A stretch of 64,000 nt of DNA. Origin: an uncultured Bacteroidales bacterium (GTDB taxonomy: Bacteria > Bacteroidota > Bacteroidia > Bacteroidales > FEN-979). Where the stretch lies: assembly GCA_903945175.1 (NCBI GenBank), contig CAJAUM010000115.1, forward strand, positions 975-64,974. Reading direction: 5' to 3'. Positions 47,632 to 57,380 of this stretch are shown here, one piece after another. Below the pieces are notes generated by a model. That model saw nothing but the letters and a program-made list of their open reading frames with translations, did not search any database and had not been told where the DNA came from. Numbering within the stretch: position 1 is the stretch's first letter; every line of letters begins with the position of its first letter. Made by a program: the position numbers and the translations under genes.

Positions 47632-47669
47632 TCAGAGATATTGTGTTTAACACGTTAAAAAAATAGTGT

Positions 47670-48452
47670 ATGGCAATTGAAAAACAGCATGTAGAATCGC
47701 TGGAGGATATTGTTTTCAAAAACAGGAACAAGGAGTATGGCTCATATTATCTGCGAAAAAAATACAGAAAGTTTGTGATCATCTCCATGATTTTTGGTTT
47801 TGTATTAACAGCAGTTATTGTGGCCTATCCACTGATCAATGCCTATATCAATAAGGAAAGACTGATCAGGGAAAAGGAAAAAGAGGTTGGTGTGACCATC
47901 GATAACATTAAACAGGAAGAGGCACCACCACCACCACCTCCTCCTCCTCCTCCCGAAGCCATGGTTGAAAAAGTTAAGTTTACAGCTCCCGTTGTTGTCG
48001 AAGATACAACCATTGAAGTCAGCATGGCCAATATGGATGATCTGAATAAAAAAGGCAATGTCGAAGCTCCAAGCGAAGATGTAGTCGTTGAGGTAAAGGA
48101 TGAGGGACCAAAGGTTATTGAAACCCCGCAACAAGCTGAAATATTTACGGTTGTTGAAGAGCAGCCCGGCTATCCCGGGGGTGAAGAGGCCCGTATATCT
48201 TACTTGCAACAGAATATTAAATATCCTGAAGAGGCCAAGGAATTGGGTATTCAGGGTAAGGTATTTGTGACGTTCGTGGTTGAAGTTGATGGATCAATCT
48301 CTGATGTACGCGTACTTCGTGGCATCGGAGGAGGTTGCGACGAAGAGGCCATCCGTGTGGTGAAATCGATGCCCAAATGGGTTCCCGGCAAACAACGCGG
48401 AGTTCCTGTTCGTGTACAATTTAACTTACCGATCAAATTTACCTTGCAGTAA
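47670..48452 (+). CDS. tonB: TonB-family energy transducer
   Basis: N-terminal TM anchor, Pro10 linker, and a C-terminal TonB domain (GIQGKVFVTFVVEVDGSISDVRVLRG...). Confidence 0.85.
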   Translation: MAIEKQHVESLEDIVFKNRNKEYGSYYLRKKYRKFVIISMIFGFVLTAVIVAYPLINAYINKERLIREKEKEVGVTIDNIKQEEAPPPPPPPPPPEAMVEKVKFTAPVVVEDTTIEVSMANMDDLNKKGNVEAPSEDVVVEVKDEGPKVIETPQQAEIFTVVEEQPGYPGGEEARISYLQQNIKYPEEAKELGIQGKVFVTFVVEVDGSISDVRVLRGIGGGCDEEAIRVVKSMPKWVPGKQRGVPVRVQFNLPIKFTLQ

Positions 48453-48455
48453 GAT

Positions 48456-48483
48456 CGTGATGCGTGAAGCGTGACACGTGACA
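48456..48483 (+). repeat. Heptamer tandem array (CGTGATG CGTGAAG CGTGACA CGTGACA) 3 nt after the tonB stop
   Basis: Read directly. It belongs to the GTGAC/GTCAC class. Confidence 0.85.
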
Positions 48484-48490
48484 AAAATCA

Positions 48491-48521
48491 AAAAGGCGGT
48501 TCCTGATGGGGTCGCCTTTTT
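48491..48521 (+). terminator. Rho-independent terminator after tonB
   Basis: aaaaggcg (48491-98) pairs with cgcctttt (48513-20), with a 14-nt loop. The T-run is the 3' stem arm itself (tttt, 48517-20) plus one further t at 48521. Confidence 0.6.
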
Positions 48522-48540
48522 AATTAAACATCCTCAGCCA

Positions 48541-49419
48541 ATGCGTATAAAAAACATTGAACAGGTTATCTCCCCGCCGGCTCCCCATATGGTGGGTGAT
48601 GGATTCAGGGTCCACAATTTTATTCCGGGTAGTTATCCGATGGATATGGAAAGGATGAGCCCATTTATTTTAATGGATTACAATTCAAAAGTTGTAATTA
48701 AACCATCAGACCAGCCCAAAGGTGTTGGCGTTCATCCGCACCGTGGTTTTGAAACGGTGTCGATTGCTTACCATGGCAAGATTGCTCATCACGACAGTGC
48801 CGGAAACAGTGGTGTAATTGGCGAAGGGGAGGTGCAATGGATGACCGCAGCTTCAGGTATTTTGCATAAGGAGTACCACGAACTGGAATTCAGTAAAAAA
48901 GGAGGCGATTTTCAGATGGTCCAGCTTTGGGTCAATTTACCGGCAAAGTACAAAATGACATCGCCTAAGTACCAGGCTATTACCAGGGAAATGATGCCAA
49001 AGGTTGAGCTCCCGGATAATGGAGGAACAGTGGAGGTGATTTCAGGCCGATACCAGGATGTAGCCGGTGCAGCATCAACCTTCACCCCGATCCATCTGTT
49101 CAATGTAAAGATAAACCAGGGCGCAAAGGCCTTCTTTGGTTTTCCTTCTGCCTTCAATACGGGGTTATTGGTTGTGGAAGGGAGTATCCGCATAAATGGG
49201 ACTGACACCGCGCCAACCGACCATTTTGTTTTGTTTCGCAATGACGGGGAAGAATTCTCTATCCAGGCAGATGAAAAATCAGTTGTACTGGTTCTTAGCG
49301 GTGAACCCATTCCTGAACCGGTGGCAGCTGCAGGTCCGTTTGTTATGAACACCAGGGCCGAGTTGAGGCAGGCTTATGAAGATGTGAACTCCGGAAAATT
49401 CGGATATCTCGAAGATTGA
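48541..49419 (+). CDS. Pirin-family protein
   Basis: HPHRGFETVSIAYHGKIAHHDSAGN cupin metal motif. The start was set at the ATG at 48541, because the longer track ORF (48478) would read through the heptamer array and the terminator. Confidence 0.88.
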   Translation: MRIKNIEQVISPPAPHMVGDGFRVHNFIPGSYPMDMERMSPFILMDYNSKVVIKPSDQPKGVGVHPHRGFETVSIAYHGKIAHHDSAGNSGVIGEGEVQWMTAASGILHKEYHELEFSKKGGDFQMVQLWVNLPAKYKMTSPKYQAITREMMPKVELPDNGGTVEVISGRYQDVAGAASTFTPIHLFNVKINQGAKAFFGFPSAFNTGLLVVEGSIRINGTDTAPTDHFVLFRNDGEEFSIQADEKSVVLVLSGEPIPEPVAAAGPFVMNTRAELRQAYEDVNSGKFGYLED

Positions 49420-49540
49420 TGATCGTAAGCTAATCGTTTAGCAACCCTCGCCATTGCATATTCTATGGGAGGTACAACCAGTCTAAGTCATTGATTGTCA
49501 TTACCCGATAATTTAGAATACTTCCAAAAAAAACTTTTTG

Positions 49541-49548
49541 TAACTTTG
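49541..49548 (+). promoter_or_regulatory. -7 promoter element (TAACTTTG) for the hdr-flx operon
   Basis: TAnnTTTG match 35 nt upstream of the hdrC ATG. Confidence 0.45.
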
Positions 49549-49582
49549 TGCTGTTAATTTATTAACAATACAAAAATATCTT

Positions 49583-50152
49583 ATGATAACACTTGGATCT
49601 CAGGGGAAAAACACATTTCTGGAAGCCGTTAATAAAAAAAGCGGCGCCAATGTGCTTGAATGTTATCAATGCGGCAAATGTGTGAGTACCTGCCCGGTGT
49701 CGCAATACATGGATTTTCCGCCCCGGGAGATCATGCAAATGATCAAGCTGGGGTTGAAAAACGAGTCATACATGGCCAATTCCCACTGGTTTTGCCTCAC
49801 CTGTTCAGCCTGTTCAGGCCGCTGCCCGCGCGAAATCGATATTCCTGCGGTGATGGAGGCGGTTCGCCATCTGGCCATCGACGAAAATTACATCAATGAT
49901 TCGAAAAAGGTGAAGGAGATCCGTAAGTTCCATGAGATCTTCCTATCCATGATCAAGCGTTACGGCCGCAACTATGAACTACGCATGATGGCCGAGTTCA
50001 ACATCCGTACCCGCAACCTGTTCAAAGATATGCACCTCGCCCCGAAGGCGTTGCTCAAAGGAAAAATCCCCCTGGGTGTAAAACCTCTTAAAAGCGCCAA
50101 AGCCATCAAGCGCATGTATGAAGTAGCTGAAAAACTGGAAAAGAATAAATAA
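49583..50152 (+). CDS. hdrC: Heterodisulfide reductase subunit C-like (2x[4Fe-4S])
   Basis: CYQCGKCVSTCP and CLTCSACSGRCP motifs. HdrC size and its position before HdrB. Confidence 0.8.
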   Translation: MITLGSQGKNTFLEAVNKKSGANVLECYQCGKCVSTCPVSQYMDFPPREIMQMIKLGLKNESYMANSHWFCLTCSACSGRCPREIDIPAVMEAVRHLAIDENYINDSKKVKEIRKFHEIFLSMIKRYGRNYELRMMAEFNIRTRNLFKDMHLAPKALLKGKIPLGVKPLKSAKAIKRMYEVAEKLEKNK

Positions 50153-50163
50153 CCTGACCGAAG

Positions 50164-51108
50164 ATGAAGAAATTAACCTATTTCCCGGGTTGTTCTGCAC
50201 ATGGTACCAGTGAGGAATTTGACAGTACCCTCAAATTGGTACTCAAAACCCTGGATGTGGAACTGGAAGACATTCCTGATTGGAATTGCTGTGGCGCCAC
50301 CTCTGCCCATGTGATGACCGAAAACCTGGCCTATGCGCTCCCATTACGCAACCTGGTGCTGGCCGAAAAGCTGGAAAACACCACCATGGGCATTGCCTGT
50401 GCATCATGTTACCAGCGCATGAAGGTGACCAAGGTAAAAATGGACGGAAACCCCGAGTTGGCGAAACGGATCAATACCACTGTTGTGGAAGAGGGTACTT
50501 ACGAGGGTAAGGTAGATGTGAAATCGATGCTGCAATATGCTTACGAAGATATCGGGCTGGAGATTATCAAGAGCAAAGTTACCAAGCCCCTCACCGGTTT
50601 GAAGGTAGCCTGCTACTATGGTTGCCTTCTCACCCGGCCCAAAGAGATTACCAAATTCGACTCCCCGGAGTACCCGGTCTCCATGGACCAGATCTGCGAG
50701 GCGCTGGGAGCTACGGCCACCGAATTTGATTACAAGACCGAATGCTGCGGCGCCTCCTTCTCAATCTCCAATACAGAGGTGGTGGAAAACCTGAGCGGTC
50801 AGATCCTGGCCATGGCCAAAGAGAGCGGCGCCCACGCCATTGTGGTTGCATGTCCGCTTTGCCAGTCGAACCTTGACATGCGTCAACCCGATATTGAAAA
50901 GCTGCAGGGCGTCAAATATGACATCCCCATTTTTTATTTTACTCAGCTTATGGCGCTTGCCTTCGGATACCCGATCGAACAGTTGAAATTTCCAAAACAC
51001 ATCGTTCCCGTTGAAGGAGCATTGGCCAACATCGGAAAGGTTGAACCCGTGCCTGAGAAAGTTAAAAAACCCATCAAAGCTGTTGAAGCAGAAAGCGAGG
51101 TTAAATAA
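50164..51108 (+). CDS. hdrB: Heterodisulfide reductase subunit B-like (two CCG domains)
   Basis: NCCGATSAH and ECCGASFS CCG motifs, with accompanying Cys patterns (CASCYQ, CPLCQ). Confidence 0.85.
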   Translation: MKKLTYFPGCSAHGTSEEFDSTLKLVLKTLDVELEDIPDWNCCGATSAHVMTENLAYALPLRNLVLAEKLENTTMGIACASCYQRMKVTKVKMDGNPELAKRINTTVVEEGTYEGKVDVKSMLQYAYEDIGLEIIKSKVTKPLTGLKVACYYGCLLTRPKEITKFDSPEYPVSMDQICEALGATATEFDYKTECCGASFSISNTEVVENLSGQILAMAKESGAHAIVVACPLCQSNLDMRQPDIEKLQGVKYDIPIFYFTQLMALAFGYPIEQLKFPKHIVPVEGALANIGKVEPVPEKVKKPIKAVEAESEVK

Positions 51109-53081
51109 TGGCAAGAGTAGGAGTTTTCGTTTGTTTTTGCGGCGCCAACATTGCCGACTATGTGGATGTTCCCCAGGTTGTTGAGGAGGTCAAACGCATC
51201 AAGGAGGTTAAGTACGCCGTTGAATATAAGTATATGTGCTCCGATCCGGGGCAGGGAATGATTCGCGATGCCATTGTGCAGTATAAACTGACTTCTATTG
51301 TCGTTGCGGCCTGTTCGCCCCGCATGCACGAAAAGACCTTCCGCAAGGCACTGTCAGATGCAGGGATGAATCCCTATTTGCTGGAAGTCGCCAACATCCG
51401 GGAGCATTCTTCATGGGTTCATCAGAAAGATAAAAAGGCGGCTACAGAGAAGGCCATGGATCTTTGCCGTATGGCTGTGGCGAAATCCATTGCCAACGAG
51501 CAGTTGCATGAGATTTCAGTTCCTGTAACCAAACGCGCCCTTGTGATCGGCGGCGGGATTGCCGGAATACAGGCTGCTCTTGATATTGCCGATGCACGCA
51601 TTCCTGTTGTACTGGTTGAAAAGAGCTCCTCCATCGGTGGCAAAATGGCCCAGCTCGATGAGACCTTCCCAACCCTCGACTGCGCCCAGTGCATCCTCAC
51701 ACCTAAAATGGTGGATGTAGCCTCCCATCCCTATATTGAACTGATTCCTTATGCAGAAGTTCTTGAATTACAGGGATTTGTTGGCAACTACAAGGTCAAG
51801 ATCAAAAAGAAAGCATCCTATGTGAATTTCAAAACCTGCACCGGTTGTGGCGCCTGCTGGCAAAAATGCCCTGTCAAGGTTCCCAACGAGTACAACATGG
51901 GCATCGACAAGCGGAAGGCGATCTATACGCCATTCCCGCAAGCAGTTCCGAACAAGCCGGTCATCGATGCCGAACATTGCACCATGTTGCAGAAAGGAAA
52001 ATGCGGCATCTGCGCCAAAGTTTGCCTGCCGGGGGCCATTGACTACCAGATGCAGGACGAGATCATCGAACGGGAAATCGGGGCGGTGGTTGTAGCTACA
52101 GGATACGATATGTGGGATCCGACGCCGTATGAAGAATATGGCGTAGGCCGTTTCAAAGACATCATCACATCTCTGGAGTTTGAACGCATGGTTTCAGCCA
52201 ACGGTCCCACCAACGGCGTACCCCAGAGACCATCCGATGGAAAAGTACCTAAAAATGTTGTGTTCATAAAGTGTGTTGGCTCCCGCGACGAGGCCAAGGG
52301 CATTGAATACTGCTCGAAGATCTGCTGCATGTACACTACCAAACACACCATTCTGCTGCATCATAAGGTGCACGATTCCCATGCCTATGTCTTTTATATG
52401 GATATCCGTGCGGCAGGAAAAGGGTATGAGGAATTTGTGAAGAAAGCCCAGGTTGACACCGGTACAACCTACCTTCGTGGGCGGGTGTCAAAAATTTACA
52501 AGAAGGGTGACAAGCTGATGGTTCGCGGCGAAGATGCCCAGATCGGACAGGTGGTGGAGGTGGAGGCTGATCTCGTTGTGCTGGCCACTGCCGTAAGCGC
52601 CCCCAAAGATAATCCTGAACTTGCCCGTTTGCTGGGGATTTCGTACGACAAATATGGTTACCTGTCGGAAGCACATCCCAAACTTCGCCCGGTGGAAACA
52701 GCCAAGGCTGGAATTTTCCTGGCGGGTTGCACCCAGGCTCCCAAGGATATTCCCGAAACGGTATCGCAGGCCTCTGCCTGTGCAGCCAAGGTTTGCGGAC
52801 TTTTTGCCGGTGATACCATGAAGAAGGACCCGATGGTTTCAACCATCAACAACGAGTACTGCTCGGGCTGCCAGAATTGTGTGCTGGTTTGTCCATACGG
52901 AGCAATTGTCACAGAAGAGGTTCCGATGGGGCATGGCTCGAAGGAGCTCCGCACCGTTGCAAAAATTAACGAAGGCGTTTGCCAGGGTTGCGGATCCTGT
53001 GTGGCGATCTGCCGTAGTCAGGCAATAAATCTTGCAGGATTTACCGATCCTCAAATCATTAACGAGATAGTTTCAATCTGA
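51108..53081 (+). CDS. hdrA: Heterodisulfide reductase subunit A-like (FAD plus multiple FeS clusters)
   Basis: VGVFVCFCGANIADYVD N-terminus, FAD fold ALVIGGGIAGIQAALDIAD, several CxxCxxCxxxCP motifs. No in-frame TGA. Confidence 0.9.
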   Translation: MARVGVFVCFCGANIADYVDVPQVVEEVKRIKEVKYAVEYKYMCSDPGQGMIRDAIVQYKLTSIVVAACSPRMHEKTFRKALSDAGMNPYLLEVANIREHSSWVHQKDKKAATEKAMDLCRMAVAKSIANEQLHEISVPVTKRALVIGGGIAGIQAALDIADARIPVVLVEKSSSIGGKMAQLDETFPTLDCAQCILTPKMVDVASHPYIELIPYAEVLELQGFVGNYKVKIKKKASYVNFKTCTGCGACWQKCPVKVPNEYNMGIDKRKAIYTPFPQAVPNKPVIDAEHCTMLQKGKCGICAKVCLPGAIDYQMQDEIIEREIGAVVVATGYDMWDPTPYEEYGVGRFKDIITSLEFERMVSANGPTNGVPQRPSDGKVPKNVVFIKCVGSRDEAKGIEYCSKICCMYTTKHTILLHHKVHDSHAYVFYMDIRAAGKGYEEFVKKAQVDTGTTYLRGRVSKIYKKGDKLMVRGEDAQIGQVVEVEADLVVLATAVSAPKDNPELARLLGISYDKYGYLSEAHPKLRPVETAKAGIFLAGCTQAPKDIPETVSQASACAAKVCGLFAGDTMKKDPMVSTINNEYCSGCQNCVLVCPYGAIVTEEVPMGHGSKELRTVAKINEGVCQGCGSCVAICRSQAINLAGFTDPQIINEIVSI

Positions 53082-53569
53082 TGGAAACAGAAGTAAAAGA
53101 TCAACTTGTAAGCATTGAAAAGCCCGAATTGGTTGCCCCTCCCAACTGGGAACCGGTGATCATGGGTATTCTGTGCAACTGGTGTTCCTATGCAGGATCG
53201 GACCTCACGGGAACTTCCAGGATCCAGTATCCGCCCAACATCCGCATTATCCGGGTGCCCTGTTCATCGCGCGTTGATCCGTGGTTTCTGATCAAATCAC
53301 TTCAGACCACGGCCGATGGCGTGTTGGTTTCGGGATGCCACCCGGGCGACTGTCACTACATCACCGGGAATTACTATGCCCGTCGGCGTTTCCTGGTAAC
53401 CAAGAAACTACTGAATTTCGTTGGCTTCCATGAAAACAGGATTCAATTTTCCTGGGTTTCAGCTGCCGAAGGCCCCAAATTCGCCAAGGTGGTGAACAAG
53501 GTGACGGAAGAGATCAAGAAACTCGGACCGCTTCATTTATACAAAAAAGAAAATTTCGAAAAGAAATGA
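53081..53569 (+). CDS. flxD: MvhD/FlpD-like hydrogenase iron-sulfur subunit (FlxD)
   Basis: ILCNWCSYAGSDL...RVPCSSRV...VSGCHPGDCHY, the canonical MvhD pattern. Confidence 0.85.
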   Translation: METEVKDQLVSIEKPELVAPPNWEPVIMGILCNWCSYAGSDLTGTSRIQYPPNIRIIRVPCSSRVDPWFLIKSLQTTADGVLVSGCHPGDCHYITGNYYARRRFLVTKKLLNFVGFHENRIQFSWVSAAEGPKFAKVVNKVTEEIKKLGPLHLYKKENFEKK

Positions 53570-54417
53570 ACTATACAAAACAGATCCAGGACATCGCGGC
53601 GAAGCTGTTTACTGAAGGAAAGATCGACGTTTTTGTTGGTTATCGCATGAACGGTTTCGACGATAACCAGGTTCCGGTGCTGATTACCGACCCGCAAGAC
53701 GTGTCCAAACTTGTGTTCACCGACAAATCGGTTTTCAACCTTGTGAATTACCTCAAGACTGACCATACACGCAGAAAACGGGTTGGGTTGGTCGTCAAGG
53801 GATGCGACAGCCGATCGCTCAACCTGATGCTGACCGAAAGCCAGGTGAAACGTGAAAATCTATATGTTGTCGGAATTTGCTGCGAAGGAATAGTGGATGA
53901 TTCGGGGCACAAGATGCAGAATTGCGTGGAATGCGTGGTTCCCGATGCAGTGGTGAGTGATGAACTTCTCGGGACTCCTTCGGGACAGAAACCTTATATG
54001 GTAAATGTCGATATTGCCGCGCTTGCTGCAAAGCCACTTACAGAAAGGACGGCCTATTTTGAAGAGGTCTTCGAAAACTGCATCCGCTGCAATGCCTGCC
54101 GCCATTCATGTCCGTTGTGCTATTGTGCCAAATGCTGTATTGACCAGGAGACGGCCACCTTATACAACGGTGCAAATACCACCTCCGCTGCGTTCCATGC
54201 CCTGATGACCTGGTCGCTGCACCTGGCAGGCCGCTGCGTTGATTGCCGAAACTGCGAAAAAGCCTGTCCGAGCCACCTGCCATTGCATTTACTGCACAAA
54301 CAGAATGAAAGTGTGATCTATGAGAACTTCCAGGAGCACCTGGCCGGGGTCATTCCCGAGGATCGCGGCGCATTTTACAAGTACAGTCTGAAAGATCCCG
54401 ATGATTTTATCATGTAA
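53566..54417 (+). CDS. flxC: 4Fe-4S dicluster protein (FlxC-like)
   Basis: CIRCNACRHSCPLCYC and CVDCRNCEKACP motifs. Position between the MvhD-like and AsrA/HydB-like genes. Confidence 0.65.
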   Translation: MNYTKQIQDIAAKLFTEGKIDVFVGYRMNGFDDNQVPVLITDPQDVSKLVFTDKSVFNLVNYLKTDHTRRKRVGLVVKGCDSRSLNLMLTESQVKRENLYVVGICCEGIVDDSGHKMQNCVECVVPDAVVSDELLGTPSGQKPYMVNVDIAALAAKPLTERTAYFEEVFENCIRCNACRHSCPLCYCAKCCIDQETATLYNGANTTSAAFHALMTWSLHLAGRCVDCRNCEKACPSHLPLHLLHKQNESVIYENFQEHLAGVIPEDRGAFYKYSLKDPDDFIM

Positions 54418-54432
54418 TCCGAATCCGAACTT

Positions 54433-55466
54433 ATGAGCGTTGAAACATTTGTTACCGATAAAGCCGGCTTGATCACATTCTATGAAGCCATCATGGCCAG
54501 TCACGAAACCTATGCCCCGGTCGAGAAATTCGGCAAATTTGATTTTAAGCAGGTGAAAAGCCTGGCGGAATGTGACCCAGAATCGCCCATTGCAAAGACC
54601 CAGAGCATCAAGCCCCTTTTCTTCCCCAGGTCGGCCAAGGTGATGAAATATGTTGCCACAAGCACAGGAACGGAAGTTTCGGAGGTTGATGAGGATCCGC
54701 TTGCCGTTAAACGCGTCATCCTGGGCGCAAAACATTGCGATGCCCGTGCATTGCAGGTTCTTGACAAGGTATACAACTGGGATTACATCGATACCGATTA
54801 CCAGAAGCGCCGGGAAAATACTGTGATTATCTCGACCCGTTGCGACAAGGCTGACACCCATTGTTTCTGCACTTCGCTCGATTACGATGTTGAAAATCTC
54901 AATGCCATGGATGTTTTGGTTGTACATGGATCCGATGGAAAGGTTTACATCAAAGCCAGGACAGAGAAAGGTTCTACACTTTTAAATACAGAGGTCACGC
55001 GTCACGCGTCACGTGTCACGGAAGAAGCCGCAGCACCCGACCTGAAAAAGCAATACGAAGCCTTTGCGGGTTCTTTCAGGCTTAAGATGGATTATTCGGA
55101 GGTTAATTCAAAATTGTCGAAGATCTTCGACACCCCGGAATTTGAAAATGTCTCGGGAAATTGTGTGAGCTGCAACACCTGTGCCTTTGTTTGTCCGACC
55201 TGCCATTGCTTCAAAATCTCCGATGAAAAAATCAAAGATACAGGGTTGCGATATAAAAGCTATGACTCCTGTAACAACGGATATTTTACCCTGATGGCGG
55301 GCGGTCACAATCCCCGTCCGGCCAAGTACCGTCGCTGGCGGCAGCGTGCCATGCACAAGTTTGTATACTACAAGGAGCGCTTTGGCGAGAACCTTTGTGT
55401 GGGGTGCGGTAAATGTACCATAGCCTGCCCGGTAAACATCAGTATTTTTGAGGTGGTTAATCAGGT

Positions 55467-55488
<22 letters not shown>
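54433..55488 (+). CDS. flxB: AsrA / sulfhydrogenase-beta-like 4Fe-4S protein (FlxB-like) with an in-frame heptamer insertion and a repeat-encoded C-terminus
   Basis: [16 protein letters not shown] and [12 protein letters not shown] motifs. The last 7 codons and the TAG stop lie in the GGCAGTA array. Confidence 0.65.
54994..55021 (+). repeat. Heptamer tandem array (GTCACGC x 4, last two degenerate) inside flxB
   Basis: gtcacgc gtcacgc gtcacgt gtcacgg read directly. Translates in frame as VTRHASRVT. Confidence 0.95.
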
Positions 55489-55627
<139 letters not shown>

Positions 55628-55633
55628 AAGGGG

Positions 55634-56020
55634 ATGGAAGTGGAAAAGAAAAAAATTGTTTCCTATAAAGATCTTGAGGTCTGGAAAAAGGGGGTCCGAT
55701 TTACCATTGAAATCTACAGAATTACCAGCGAGTTTCCAAGTAGGGAACAATTCGGGCTTACCAATCAGTTGCGCAGGGCCGCATCCTCTATCCCTGCCAA
55801 TATTGCAGAAGGATATGGTCGTGAGAGCACGAAAAATTATATTCAGTTCCTTAAAACTGCCAGAGGTTCATTGAATGAAGTCGAAACTTTTCTTTATATA
55901 GGATTTGAATTGGAATATCTTAATAAACAAACCCTTGACAACTTGATTATTAAAACCACTGAACTTGGAAAAATGATGAATAGCCTGATCAAAAAACTAA
56001 ACCCTAACCCCACTGCCTAA
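55634..56020 (+). CDS. Four-helix-bundle protein (23S rRNA intervening-sequence protein / Avd family)
   Basis: [10 protein letters not shown]...[30 protein letters not shown]...[16 protein letters not shown] are hallmark motifs of the family. Confidence 0.9.
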   Translation: MEVEKKKIVSYKDLEVWKKGVRFTIEIYRITSEFPSREQFGLTNQLRRAASSIPANIAEGYGRESTKNYIQFLKTARGSLNEVETFLYIGFELEYLNKQTLDNLIIKTTELGKMMNSLIKKLNPNPTA

Positions 56021-56045
56021 TGCCTACTGCCTATTGCCTATTGCC
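56011..56045 (-). repeat. Inverted copy of the GGCAGTA/GGCAATA array (5 units)
   Basis: cactgcc taatgcc tactgcc tattgcc tattgcc. Its reverse complement matches array units 13-17 (55551-55585) at 33/35 positions. It contains the TAA stop of the four-helix-bundle gene. Confidence 0.95.
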
Positions 56046-56085
56046 TTATCCCAATCAAGATTAACAAAACATCACACACATAACT

Positions 56086-56919
56086 ATGGAAACGCTTCTC
56101 GTCCCGATGATCTGCAAGGTTGACAAAGTCATCCAGGAAACACCCGATATCCGTACCTACCGCCTGAAATTCAGAGACGAAGGGATGATGGAGAAATTCA
56201 CTTTTCTTCCCGGTCAGTTCGTGGAATTCTCATTGCTCGGCTCAGGCGAATGTACCTTTTGCATCGCCTCCTCAGGTACCCGCAAAGGATATTTCGACTG
56301 CTCCATCAAGAAGGCGGGTGTAGTGACTGCCGATATTCACACAAGCATCGAAGAGGGGGATGAAGTAGGCATCCGCGGTCCGTTCGGGAATTGGTTCCCC
56401 TTGGAAGATATCAAAGGAAAAAACCTGCTGTTTGTTGGTGGTGGCATAGGCCTGGCTCCCCTGCGTTCACTCATTCAGTATTGTATTGACAACCGAAGCG
56501 ATTACAAGGATTTCACCATCCTTTATGGTGCCCGTACTTCTGCTGATCTGTGTTACAAGGATGAAATCAAGGAATGGCAGGATAACAAAAGCCTGAAAGT
56601 GGTTCTCACCATTGATAAACCGGAAGATACCTGGACCACCCATGTCGGGGTTGTACCTAAAATCCTTGAAGAGATTGTAAAGCCAGTCATCGAAAACACG
56701 AAGGTAATCACCTGCGGTCCGCCGATTATGATCAAATACACCATCCAGTCGCTTCTAAAGCTTGGATTTGCCGACAAGGACATCATTACCACCCTCGAAA
56801 TGAAGATGCAGTGCGGCCTTGGAAAATGCGGCCGATGCAACATTGGTTCGACCTATGTATGCAAGGATGGGCCGGTTTTCACCAATGAGCAGTTGAAAAA
56901 CTTGCCTGACGAGTTTTAA
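56086..56919 (+). CDS. flxA: FAD/NAD(P)-binding oxidoreductase with a C-terminal [2Fe-2S] (AsrB / sulfhydrogenase-gamma / PyrK-like; FlxA-like)
   Basis: FNR-like fold (FLPGQFVEF, LLFVGGGIGLAPLRS) and a C-terminal CGLGKCGRCNIG...CKDGP cluster. Confidence 0.75.
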   Translation: METLLVPMICKVDKVIQETPDIRTYRLKFRDEGMMEKFTFLPGQFVEFSLLGSGECTFCIASSGTRKGYFDCSIKKAGVVTADIHTSIEEGDEVGIRGPFGNWFPLEDIKGKNLLFVGGGIGLAPLRSLIQYCIDNRSDYKDFTILYGARTSADLCYKDEIKEWQDNKSLKVVLTIDKPEDTWTTHVGVVPKILEEIVKPVIENTKVITCGPPIMIKYTIQSLLKLGFADKDIITTLEMKMQCGLGKCGRCNIGSTYVCKDGPVFTNEQLKNLPDEF

Positions 56920-56933
56920 GCTATCACGAAAAA

Positions 56934-57380
56934 TTATTTCAATTTTTTATTTTTCGAATAGGCCGTCGATGGTTCCTGAGCCATTTCGTACCGGACTTGT
57001 TTTTTCCTTTTGGGTAGTTGATCGTTAACGACAAGATTGGATGGTGACTCTTTTTTAGGTTTTCGCTTTGCCTTTATTTCAAAAGTAATGTCCAGCGCTT
57101 TTTCAAACTTAGCAATGGTCATCAGGTTCAAAAGTTTGTTGCCACGATAGAGTTGTGTTAAATAGCTTGCCGATGTGCCGATTTTTTGTGCTAACTCTTT
57201 TTGTGTCATCTCTCGTTCTTCTGATAGAATCTCAATCTCGCTGAGAAAGCGGAACATGATCATGTGAGCCCCATGTCCTATTTCTTCTTCATATGAATTA
57301 AAAGCAAGGAGACCCTGGAAAGCCTTCCTGATCTCCTCAGAATTCCGGAATTTCGTACGCATAACTTCCTGCTTTTTCAA
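56934..57380 (-). CDS. XRE-family helix-turn-helix protein (putative HigA-like antitoxin) with a Lys-rich tail
   Basis: MTQKELAQKIGTSASYLTQLYRGNKLL is an HTH_XRE motif. It lies downstream of and overlaps the toxin-like ORF. The start is uncertain (57380 or 57362). Confidence 0.7.
   Translation of the reverse strand: MKKQEVMRTKFRNSEEIRKAFQGLLAFNSYEEEIGHGAHMIMFRFLSEIEILSEEREMTQKELAQKIGTSASYLTQLYRGNKLLNLMTIAKFEKALDITFEIKAKRKPKKESPSNLVVNDQLPKRKKQVRYEMAQEPSTAYSKNKKLK

Noticed and set aside
47925-47954. Run of ten proline codons (cca/cct/ccc) as another repeat element
   Set aside because: It has 3-nt periodicity and sits at the canonical Pro-rich linker of TonB. It is unrelated to the heptamer family.
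51108-53081. Selenocysteine (in-frame TGA) in HdrA, as occurs in some HdrA/MvhD systems
   Set aside because: The ORF is uninterrupted, with Cys at the expected positions, and I saw no SECIS-like need.
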